This document shows, piece after piece, positions 1 to 9,500 of a DNA stretch of 28,506 bases. How positions within the stretch are numbered: position 1 is the stretch's first letter; each line of letters begins with the position of its first letter. The stretch comes from a virus. Its lineage: Duplodnaviria > Caudoviricetes. The stretch lies in the IMG/VR virus record IMGVR_UViG_3300047564_004945, positions 1 to 28,506 of that record. The stretch is one strand, 5' to 3'. The position numbers and the translations under genes were made by a program. The notes beneath the pieces were generated by a model. The model had not been told where the DNA came from and searched no databases. It was given only the letters and a program-made list of their open reading frames with translations.

Positions 1-2
1 AC

Positions 3-596
3 ATTGGAGTAGGAACCACAAACCCATCACAAAAACTTGATGTTTTTGGTAATTTAAGACTGAGAAATGGTCTTATTGATTTCTTCAATAATGTTGGTGC
101 CGCAGGTAGTGTTTTAATTTCTACAGGCGCTGGAGTAAGTTGGTCAGCACAAGCACCAGGAGGAGCAACTTTACAGAATGATGTTGCCACTAATGCAACT
201 TGGTATCCAACTTTAGCTAGTACTACATCTGGTACTTATACCACTGCTTATGTTTCAAATACGAAACTCCAGTATAATCCATCTTCGGGAACGTTATTTG
301 CCACGGTCTTTACTTCTTTATCTGATAGAAATAAGAAAACTAATATTCGCAATATAGATAATTCTATAGAAATTGTAAAACAATTAGATGGAGTAAGATT
401 TGATTGGGTAGAAGATGGTAGTCCTTCAATTGGTGTTATAGCACAAGATATTGAAAAAGTATTGCCGGAAGTTGTCCAAACAAATGACGACGGAATGAAG
501 ACGGTTTCCTATGGAAATATAATAGGAGTACTAATTGAAGCAATCAAAGAACAACAAATTCGCATAGAAGAATTGGAGAAAAAAGTAAATGCCTAA
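3..596 (+). CDS. Tail fibre protein, 3' part (5'-truncated by window), with C-terminal peptidase S74 / intramolecular chaperone domain
   Basis: Not in the ORF track. Frame 3 is open from the window start: IGVGTTNPSQKLDVFGNLR...YNPSSGTLFATVFTSL-SDRNKKTNIRNIDNSIEIVKQLDGVRFDW...IGVIAQDIEKVLPEVV...VSYGNIIGVLIEAIKEQQIRIEELEKKVNA*. SD-x-x-x-K-x-NI, G(V/L)IAQ and the terminal coiled coil are hallmarks of the S74 autocleaving chaperone. Stop TAA 594-596 overlaps the next ATG (589). Confidence 0.9.
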   Translation: MGVGTTNPSQKLDVFGNLRLRNGLIDFFNNVGAAGSVLISTGAGVSWSAQAPGGATLQNDVATNATWYPTLASTTSGTYTTAYVSNTKLQYNPSSGTLFATVFTSLSDRNKKTNIRNIDNSIEIVKQLDGVRFDWVEDGSPSIGVIAQDIEKVLPEVVQTNDDGMKTVSYGNIIGVLIEAIKEQQIRIEELEKKVNA

Positions 597-3500
597 TCAG
601 TTTTTCTCACCAGAAGGAGATCTTGAAAATTATTTTGTAAATGAGTACTGGTTGATTGATCAGTACATTGGAGATCAGTTGTGGATATGGGGATCTGATG
701 CTTACAGTCATGGACTAGGTATTGGTGTAATAAATTCAAGTAGACAAACTCCAGTTACGACTACTGCCGGTGGGACTAATTGGAAACAAGTTAGTCTTGG
801 ATACGAACATTCTGCTGCTATTAAAACTGATGGAACTCTATGGACTTGGGGTACAGCTAGATTTTTGGGTAATGGAGATACCACTAACAATAAATCTACT
901 CCAATTACCACCTTTGCTGGTGGAACTGATTGGAAGCAAATTACAACTAGTAGAAGTGCCTCATTTGCGATCAAAAATGATGGAACTTTATGGACTTGGG
1001 GATATATTGGAATAGCGGGAGTTAATCTGTCATCTTTTATACATTTAAGCACTCCTGTCACTACCTTTGCCGGTGGAACTAATTGGAGGTCGGTTTCTGG
1101 AGGTGCTTTTCATGTAGCGGCAATTAAAACCGATGGAACCTTATGGACTTGGGGTGAGGGAGGTGATGATCAACTTGGAAATGGAAGTGATGATAGCAGA
1201 CTTACTCCAGTTACCACCTTTGCTGGGGGAAATGATTGGAAGCAAGTATCTCCCGGAAGAGCATTTACTGCAGCAATCAAGACTGATGGAACTCTTTGGA
1301 CTTGGGGATTTAATGGATTTAATCCAGATGGACAATTGGGGACAAATGATTCAATTTCTAGATCTACCCCTGTTACCACTTTTGTTGGTGGAACTAACTG
1401 GAAACAAGTATGTGCTGGTGCAAATCATGCAGCAGCAATCAAGACTGATGGAACTCTTTGGACTTGGGGAAATTCTTTGTATGGTCAGTTAGGAAATGGG
1501 CCACTTAGAAGAAGATTTACTCCAGTAACTACCTTTGCCGGAGGAAACAACTGGGCAGATACTCCTACAACAAATCCAGAAGATCTTTATACTTTGAATT
1601 CTGCTGCTAATGGTGGTGCGGCAATCAAGACTGATGGGACTTTATGGATTTGGGGATCTGGTTTTAGTGGGCAACTTGGAAACAATCAATCAGATCTTTC
1701 ATACACTCCAATTACTGTATTTTCTGGTGGAACTAATTGGAAACAAATAAGCACTTCATCTTCTTTTGTATCGGCAATCAAGACTGATGGAACTTTATGG
1801 ACTTGGGGATCTGGAATTAATGGAAGACTTGGAAGGTATACTGCATCTCAAGTAGAGACACCAGTAACTACCTTTGCCGGAGGAAACAACTGGGCAGATA
1901 CTCCTGCAGTAGAACCAGAAGATCTTTATACCTTAAGTGCCGGGGGTAATCATACGGCGGCGATCAAGACCGATGGAACCTTATGGACTTGGGGTAATGG
2001 AATTAATGGACAACTTGGAAATGCCTCAACTTTAATTAACAATTCCACTCCAGTCACCACATTTGCTGGAGGGACCAACTGGAAACAAGTAAGTTCTGGA
2101 AGTAATTTTACGGCAGTAGTTAAGACTGATGGAACTTTATGGGTTTGGGGTGAGGCAAGTAACGGAAAACTTGGTAATAATGTCTTAGATAATAATAAGT
2201 CCACTCCAGTTACTACCTTTGCCGGAGGAACCAATTGGAAACAAGTAAGTGCTGGGACATTTCACACATCAGCAATCAAAACTGATGGAACTCTTTGGAC
2301 TTGGGGTGCTGGAACTAATGCACGACTTGGAACCTTATCTTTGGGGAGCAGAATTACTCCAGTAACTACCTTTGCCGGAGGAAACAACTGGGCAGATACT
2401 CCTACAGTAGAACCAGAAGATCTTTATACCTTAAGTGCCGGGGGTAATCATACGGCGGCGATCAAGACCGATGGAACCTTATGGACTTGGGGTAATGGAA
2501 TTAATGGACAACTTGGAAATGCCTCAACTTTAATTAACAATTCCACTCCAGTCACCACATTTGCTGGAGGGACCAACTGGAAACAAGTAAGTTCTGGAAG
2601 TAATTTTACGGCAGTAGTTAAGACTGATGGAACTTTATGGACTTGGGGATTTGGATCTGGCGGATCTAGCGGTCAACTTGGAAATTCTCAAACAATTGAT
2701 GTATCCACCCCAATTACTACATTTTCCGGTGGAACTAATTGGAAACAAGTAAGTTCTGGAAATGCTCATACTGCAGCAATCAAAACCGATGGAACCTTAT
2801 GGACTTGGGGTGTTACCGGTAATGGTAGACTTGGAAATTCATCAATAAGTGGCATCGTATCTACTCCAGTTACAACATTCGCCGGAGGAACTGACTGGAA
2901 ATATGTTGGATGTGGTAATAATCATACTACAGCAGTTAAGACTGATGGAACCTTATGGGTTTGGGGTGAGGGAATTTCTGGAAAACTTGGTAATAATGCC
3001 ATATCTAATAGGTCCACTCCTATTACCACATTTGCTGGAGGGACCAACTGGAAACAAGCAAGCGGTGGATTAAGTCATTCTGCAGCAGTTAAAACTGATG
3101 GAACATTATGGGCTTGGGGACAAATAACTTTTGGACAAATTGGAAGTGGTGGTGCATCTAGTCCATTAACACCAGTTACCACATTTGCAGGAGGAACTGA
3201 CTGGAAACAAGTTGATTGTGGAAATGTTCATACAGCAGCAATTAAGACCGATGGAACCTTATGGACTTGGGGTTACAATTCCAGAGGGGAACTTGGAATA
3301 AATGATCTAGTAAATAGATCTACACCAGTTACTACCTTTGCCGGAGGAACCAACTGGAAACAAGTGAGTGCATTTTCTTTTACAATGGCACTTAGAGATG
3401 ATGGAGTGAATAAACAACTTTATGTGTGGGGTAATACTTCTAATGGAAGACTTGGAAATTCTAGAACTGGGGAAACACTATTTGAGTATCCTATAGAGGT

Positions 3501-5805
3501 TTACGGATGGTTTACTAATTGGAAACAAGTAAGTTCTGGAAATGCTCATACTGCAGCAATCAAAACCGATGGAACTTTATGGACTTGGGGTACTGCAAGT
3601 AATGGACGACTTGGAAATGCATCTCTAATTAATAGAACCACTCCAGTTACTACCTTTGCCGGAGGAACCGACTGGAAACAAGTAAGTTGTGGAGATGCTC
3701 ATACAGTAGCAATTAAGACCGATGGAACTCTTTGGACTTGGGGTTTGGGGGGTAATGGTCAAATTGGAGATGCCTCAGTTATAAGTACCAGGTCCACTCC
3801 TATTACTACATTTGCCGGAGGAACCAACTGGAAACAAGTGAGTTCTGGTAGTAATTATACTACAGCAGTTAAGACTGATGGAACCTTATGGACTTGGGGT
3901 GCTGGAAATAGTGGAAAACTTGGAAATGCGGACACAACCAGTAGATCCACTCCAGTCACTACATTTGCCGGAGGAACTAACTGGAAACAAGTAAGTTCTG
4001 GTAATGACCATACAGTAGCATTGAGAGATGATGGAGTAAATAAACAACTTTATGTTTGGGGAAATGCAAACCAAGGAAGATTAGGAAATTCTATCATAAA
4101 TGTTACACCATCAGTCTTTACTCCTATTACTACCTTTGCCGGAGGCACCAACTGGAAACAAGTAAGTTCTAGTGGTAATCATACTACAGCAGTAAAGACC
4201 GATGGAACCTTATGGACTTGGGGTTATGGAGCTTTTGGGAGACTTGGAAATGCGGACACGACTAGTAGATCCACTCCAATCACTACATTTGCCGGAGGAA
4301 CCGATTGGAGACAAGTGAGTTCTGGTAATGATCATACTTCGGCAATCAAGACTGATGGAACCTTATGGACTTGGGGATATGGAACTTCTGGACGACTTGG
4401 AAATGCAGTAACAACGGGTAATATATCCACTCCAGTCACTACCTTTGCCGGAGGAACCAACTGGAAACAAGTAAGTTCTGGAAGTAATTTTACGGCAGCA
4501 GTTAAGACTGATGGAACCTTATGGACTTGGGGTAGTAATACTGAAGGACAACTTGGAATTTTTTCTTTTGTTGTTGCTGGATTATCTGCAATATGTAATA
4601 CAACTACTATATTATCTGGAACAACTAGTTTTAATCCCGTACCTAACAATGGTCAAAGAATAATAACAGATGGTTCTGGTGGGATTTTAACTAACATTTC
4701 AACATTGATATTAGGTCCAGCATCTTTGAGTCAATCTACAACTCCAGATTTTAAAAATCCTAGTCCTCAATATGCCCCTGATGATGATGGATTTTGGGAA
4801 TTAACTTTACCCTTTAATATTTCTTATAATGGAGTATCGTATAATAAAATTTATGTAAGTACTAATTCTTATATAACTTTTGGAACAAAACCTGCCGATG
4901 ATTATGATCAAACTATTAATTGGAATTATACAACTGCAACTCCACCAATTCCAAAAATACAAATTTCAACCGCTGATAGATCTGCCCAAAGAATTTATTA
5001 TGGTACGGAAGGAACTTCTCCAAATAGAACTTATCGTGTAAGATTTGAAGGTCATATTTCTTTTCAAAATGGGATACTCGGATCACCAACTTTAGTTTGG
5101 GAAATGGTTTTTTATGAAAATATATCAAATCAAATTGACATTCAACCTGGAATTAATGATGATGCTTCAGGTTCTTTTATCGGCGTTACATCTACTCCGA
5201 TCACTACATTTGCCGGAGGAACCAACTGGAAACAAGTCAGTGCTGGAAATAATAATACATTCGCAATAAAAACTGATGGAACCCTATGGACTTGGGGTTA
5301 TGGAGGATATGGAGAACTTGGGAATGGGATAATAATGGGAACCGATGTAGTAGATGGACGTGTACCTACACCAATTACGACATTTCTTGGAGGAACAAAT
5401 TGGAAACAAGTGCATAGTTCTGGTGGTGTGCAAATTGCTCTTAATGATGATGGTGTAAATAAAAGACTATATGTTTGGGGATCTAATTTTGATGATTATG
5501 AACTTGGACTTGGTAATCCTCAGAATTGGGTTCCAGTAGAAGTTGATGGTAATGCTACTAATTGGAAGCAAGTGGATGGTGGATATGGAAATACGGCAGC
5601 AATCAAGACTGATGGAACCTTATGGACTTGGGGTTATAATGGTGATGGTCAGTTAGGAAATAATACTATACAGAGTTTTCAAAATAGAGCATACACTCCA
5701 ATCACTACGACTGCTGGAGGAACCAACTGGAAACAAGTGTCCTTTGGAAGGATACATGTATCAGCAGTACAATCTGGAATTAATGCAGAATATCCACTCT
5801 CATAA
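589..5805 (+). CDS. Giant RCC1/BLIP-II repeat beta-propeller protein 1 (28 repeats, four predicted nested 7-blade propellers, plus an inserted ~211-aa NIDO-like domain); putative virion adhesin
   Basis: 28 copies of LWxWG-x(n)-G(Q/R)LG-x(n)-TP(V/I)TTFAGGTNWKQVSxGxxHTAAIKTDGT, matching the RCC1 consensus. Overlaps the tail-fibre stop codon. Adhesin role is inferred from context. Confidence 0.9.
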   Translation: MPNQFFSPEGDLENYFVNEYWLIDQYIGDQLWIWGSDAYSHGLGIGVINSSRQTPVTTTAGGTNWKQVSLGYEHSAAIKTDGTLWTWGTARFLGNGDTTNNKSTPITTFAGGTDWKQITTSRSASFAIKNDGTLWTWGYIGIAGVNLSSFIHLSTPVTTFAGGTNWRSVSGGAFHVAAIKTDGTLWTWGEGGDDQLGNGSDDSRLTPVTTFAGGNDWKQVSPGRAFTAAIKTDGTLWTWGFNGFNPDGQLGTNDSISRSTPVTTFVGGTNWKQVCAGANHAAAIKTDGTLWTWGNSLYGQLGNGPLRRRFTPVTTFAGGNNWADTPTTNPEDLYTLNSAANGGAAIKTDGTLWIWGSGFSGQLGNNQSDLSYTPITVFSGGTNWKQISTSSSFVSAIKTDGTLWTWGSGINGRLGRYTASQVETPVTTFAGGNNWADTPAVEPEDLYTLSAGGNHTAAIKTDGTLWTWGNGINGQLGNASTLINNSTPVTTFAGGTNWKQVSSGSNFTAVVKTDGTLWVWGEASNGKLGNNVLDNNKSTPVTTFAGGTNWKQVSAGTFHTSAIKTDGTLWTWGAGTNARLGTLSLGSRITPVTTFAGGNNWADTPTVEPEDLYTLSAGGNHTAAIKTDGTLWTWGNGINGQLGNASTLINNSTPVTTFAGGTNWKQVSSGSNFTAVVKTDGTLWTWGFGSGGSSGQLGNSQTIDVSTPITTFSGGTNWKQVSSGNAHTAAIKTDGTLWTWGVTGNGRLGNSSISGIVSTPVTTFAGGTDWKYVGCGNNHTTAVKTDGTLWVWGEGISGKLGNNAISNRSTPITTFAGGTNWKQASGGLSHSAAVKTDGTLWAWGQITFGQIGSGGASSPLTPVTTFAGGTDWKQVDCGNVHTAAIKTDGTLWTWGYNSRGELGINDLVNRSTPVTTFAGGTNWKQVSAFSFTMALRDDGVNKQLYVWGNTSNGRLGNSRTGETLFEYPIEVYGWFTNWKQVSSGNAHTAAIKTDGTLWTWGTASNGRLGNASLINRTTPVTTFAGGTDWKQVSCGDAHTVAIKTDGTLWTWGLGGNGQIGDASVISTRSTPITTFAGGTNWKQVSSGSNYTTAVKTDGTLWTWGAGNSGKLGNADTTSRSTPVTTFAGGTNWKQVSSGNDHTVALRDDGVNKQLYVWGNANQGRLGNSIINVTPSVFTPITTFAGGTNWKQVSSSGNHTTAVKTDGTLWTWGYGAFGRLGNADTTSRSTPITTFAGGTDWRQVSSGNDHTSAIKTDGTLWTWGYGTSGRLGNAVTTGNISTPVTTFAGGTNWKQVSSGSNFTAAVKTDGTLWTWGSNTEGQLGIFSFVVAGLSAICNTTTILSGTTSFNPVPNNGQRIITDGSGGILTNISTLILGPASLSQSTTPDFKNPSPQYAPDDDGFWELTLPFNISYNGVSYNKIYVSTNSYITFGTKPADDYDQTINWNYTTATPPIPKIQISTADRSAQRIYYGTEGTSPNRTYRVRFEGHISFQNGILGSPTLVWEMVFYENISNQIDIQPGINDDASGSFIGVTSTPITTFAGGTNWKQVSAGNNNTFAIKTDGTLWTWGYGGYGELGNGIIMGTDVVDGRVPTPITTFLGGTNWKQVHSSGGVQIALNDDGVNKRLYVWGSNFDDYELGLGNPQNWVPVEVDGNATNWKQVDGGYGNTAAIKTDGTLWTWGYNGDGQLGNNTIQSFQNRAYTPITTTAGGTNWKQVSFGRIHVSAVQSGINAEYPLS
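1861..2640 (+). repeat. 282-bp direct repeat (1861-2142 and 2359-2640) within RCC1 gene 1
   Basis: By-eye alignment: offset 498 bp, one mismatch seen (G1906 vs A2404). A partial third copy lies at 9197-9330 in gene 2. Confidence 0.9.
4561..5193 (+). other. In-frame non-RCC1 insertion domain (NIDO/nidogen-G1-like beta-rich domain) within gene 1
   Basis: ~211 aa between GQLGI and TPITTFAGG of repeat 25. Contains DDDGFWELTLPFNISYNGVSYNKIYVSTNSYITFG and GTSPNRTYRVRF, recalling the DD..LPF.F.F.G..Y..(I/V)YV.TNG.I.F motif of NIDO-associated domains. Confidence 0.6.
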
Positions 5806-5813
5806 GATAAATA
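5806..5813 (+). promoter_or_regulatory. Candidate T4-like late promoter (GATAAATA)
   Basis: Matches NATAAATA in the 20-bp gap before the ATG at 5826. The same motif occurs in two other intergenic gaps. AT-rich background limits confidence. Confidence 0.45.
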
Positions 5814-5825
5814 ATTTAAAAAAAT

Positions 5826-6575
5826 ATGGAAATCGCATTAATTCATAATAACTCATTAATACTTGGACCAATGGGACTAAATGTGCGTATGATTAATAGC
5901 GAATTGGAAGATCTTGAACTTGAAGATCGTATATCTTCTCAAAGTTTTAGAGATCTTCCAATTCATTTTTCGGATGGTTTAAGTCATCTTGTTTCGATAG
6001 AAAAAGAAATACCAATACATGATCTTAAATATCATAATATTGGCAATTACGCCTGGGAAATTGTAGAAGAAAATAATGTTCCGGTCAGTGTTAAATTAAC
6101 TTATACTATTATAGATAAAACTTTGGAAGAAGTCAAAGAACTTCGTAAAAAAGAAATTGCACCAATAAGAAAAAATAAAGAAAATACAGTTGCTAAAATT
6201 TTTGTTAATGGAAATCCTGTAGAAATATCAACTTCAAGAGAAGAGAGATTATTGCTAACTTCGAAATTATCTTCATTCACTGGGACTTGTAATTATAAAT
6301 TTAAAAATACTTGGGCATCAATTACTCCACAAAATCTTCAACAAATTATTGGAGAAATTGATGTAGTAGTTCAGCAGGCATTTGATTGGGAATTGCAAAA
6401 AATAAACGAAATAGATGAATGTGAAACTATTGATGATGTTTATAATGTTGTTTTGCTTGAAGATAAAGTTATGGAGAGAATGAAAAGAAATATGGAATCA
6501 AAAAATAAAAAAAAGTTGAGTTTATATGAATCCAATTCCAGTTCCGAATTAAATTCAGATTTTAATAATAATTAA
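5826..6575 (+). CDS. DUF4376-like phage tail-fibre-associated protein
   Basis: C-terminal half KTLEEVKELRKKEIAPIRKNKE...WASITPQNLQQIIGEIDVVVQQAFDWELQKINEIDECETIDDV resembles the helical DUF4376 pattern found next to tail-fibre genes. Confidence 0.65.
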   Translation: MEIALIHNNSLILGPMGLNVRMINSELEDLELEDRISSQSFRDLPIHFSDGLSHLVSIEKEIPIHDLKYHNIGNYAWEIVEENNVPVSVKLTYTIIDKTLEEVKELRKKEIAPIRKNKENTVAKIFVNGNPVEISTSREERLLLTSKLSSFTGTCNYKFKNTWASITPQNLQQIIGEIDVVVQQAFDWELQKINEIDECETIDDVYNVVLLEDKVMERMKRNMESKNKKKLSLYESNSSSELNSDFNNN

Positions 6576-6580
6576 AAACT

Positions 6581-9500
6581 ATGTCTTCCAATAGAGTTCA
6601 AACTAATTTTAGAGATAGTGATGGTATTGACTTAGGAACTAAATTAATTACCAAAGATTATTTGATCAGTGTCTATCCGGAGATTGGTCAGCAAATTGGA
6701 ATTCCTCCAGAACTTTGGATGTGGGGACAAGCAGGTTCAGGAAGACTCGGAAATAGAATTGCAACAGGTAGTATATCTACTCCAGTCACTACATTTACTG
6801 GAGGAACTGATTGGAAACAAGTAAGTACTGGTGCAAATAATACATTCGCAATAAAAACTGATGGAACCTTATGGTCTTGGGGATCAATTGTTACTTCAGT
6901 TCAATTTAATTCTTCATCTTCTGTTCCCAGAAGCGTTCCAATTACTGCTTTTTCTGGTGAAACTAATTGGAAACAAGTAAGTACTGGACAATTTAGTACA
7001 GCAGCAATCAAAACTGATGGAACTCTATGGTTTTGGGGTTCTAATTTTTCCAGAGTTTTTGGAAATAATGCTGTTTTAGGATCAGTAAATCCAGTTACTA
7101 CATTATATACCCAAGGAAGTTGGAAACAAGTAAGTCTTTCAAGTGATGAAATAGCAGCAATTAAGACTGATGGAACCTTATGGACTTGGGGTAGTAGCTC
7201 TGCTTCTTCTAACCTTGGTAGACCATATCCAGATTTTTATATATCAACACCAATCACCGTATCTTCTGGAGGAACTAACTGGGCAATTGTTGATACAGAT
7301 CCAGAAAATCTTTATACCTTAAGTGCTGGATTTCAACATACAGCAGCAATCAAAACTGATGGAACTCTATGGACTTGGGGTAATGGATTATATGGAAGAC
7401 TTGGAAATGCAGTAACGACAGGCAATGCATCCACTCCAGTTACTACATTTACTGGAGGAACCAACTGGAGGCAAGTAAGTGGTGGGGATCTTCATACCGC
7501 AGCAATTAAGACCGATGGAACCCTATGGACTTGGAGTTTTGGGGGAGATGGGCAACTTGGAAATGCAGATATAACCAATAAATCCACTCCCGTCACTACA
7601 TTTACTGGGGGAACGAACTGGAAACAAGTAAGCTCCGGACTTTATCATACATCAGCAATCAAGACTGATGGAACTCTATGGACTTGGGGAGTAGGAAATT
7701 ATGGCCAACTTGGAAATGCAATAATAACAGGCAATAGATCCACTCCAACCACAACATTTGCCGGTGGAACCAATTGGAAACAAGTAAGTTCTGGACTTCG
7801 TTATACCACAGCAATTAAGACTGATGGAACCTTATGGACTTGGGGATATGGAACTTCTGGACGACTTGGAAATGCAGTAACAACGGGTAATATATCCACT
7901 CCAGTCACTACCTTTGCTGGAGGAACCAATTGGAGACAAGTAAGTGGTGGAGGTGAACATACAACTGCAATCAAGACCGATGGAACCCTATGGACTTGGG
8001 GTGGTGGAAATTCTGGACAACTTGGAAATACGGGCATAACTAATAGATCTACTCCAGTCACCACATTTGCCGGGGGAACTAATTGGAAACAAGTCAATGC
8101 TGGAGGTTTTCATACAGCAGCAATCAAGACTGATGGAACCTTATGGACTTGGGGTGATGGTGGTTTGGGGGCACTTGGGAATTTCCAAGTAACTTTTAGA
8201 TCCACTCCAATCACCACATTTGCAGGAGGATCTAATTGGAAACAAGTAAGTTCGGGAAGTGCTCGTACAATGGCATTAAGGGATGATGGAGTTAATAAAG
8301 AACTTTTTACTTGGGGTAATGGATTATATGGAAGTCTTGGAAATGCAGATATAACCGATAGATCCACTCCTGTTACCACATTTGTCGGAGGAACCAACTG
8401 GGCAGATATAGATACTGATCCGGAAAATCTTTATACTTTATCTATATCGAGAGAAAGATCTGCCGCAATCAAGACTGATGGAACTCTATGGGTTTGGGGG
8501 AATGGGTCTTATTATTTGGGAATAGGTGATAATATAGAGTATACTTTTACACCAGTCACTACATTTACTGGAGGAATCAACTGGAAACAAATAAGTGTTG
8601 GATACAATCATACAGCAGCAATCAAAACCGATGGAACTTTGTGGACATGGGGAAGAAGTCAAGATGTTGGTATTGTTATTTTTAATATTAGTACTCCGGC
8701 AACTACCTTTGCTGGAGGAAACAACTGGGCAGATACTCCTACAGTAGAACCAGAAGATCTTTATACCTTAAGTGCTGGAAATTTACATACTTCTGCAATT
8801 AAGACTGATGGAACCCTATGGGCTTGGGGTAGTGCATCTTTAGGAACACTCGGAAATGCAGTCGCATCAGGTAATATATCTACTCCAGTAACCACATTTG
8901 CCGGAGGAACCAACTGGAAACAAATAAGTGGTGGAAATTCTCATACATCAGCAATCAAGACTGATGGAACCCTATGGACTTGGGGTAATGGATTTAATGG
9001 AAGACTCGGAAATAGAATTGCAACAGGGTCTAGATCTACTCCAATCACTACATTTGCCGGAGGAACCGATTGGAAACAAGTGAGTTCTGGTAATGATCAT
9101 ACTTCGGCAATCAAGACTGATGGAACTTTATGGACTTGGGGTAGTGGAACTAATGGACAACTTGGAAGACCGCAATTTATATCTGCAATAAGTACTCCAG
9201 TAACTACCTTTGCCGGAGGAAATAACTGGGCAGATACTCCTACAGTAGAACCGGAAGATCTTTATACCTTAAGTGCCGGGGGTAAACATACGGCGGCGAT
9301 CAAGACCGATGGAACCTTATGGACTTGGGGAGATAATGTCTATGGTCAACTCGGAACTAATGATTTATTTAGTAAAATAACTCCCGTCACTACATTTTCT
9401 GGAGGCACTAACTGGAAACAAATTTCTTGTAATGTTTATACGGAAGCAACTCCTTTCGGAGAAAGTATTTTTGCAATTAAAACCGATGGAACTTTATGGG

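Noticed and set aside
4561-5193. Intein or intron as an explanation for the insertion in gene 1
   Set aside because: No C/S-start with HN-C/S/T end, no LAGLIDADG/HNH motifs, and the frame stays open; it looks like a folded accessory domain.
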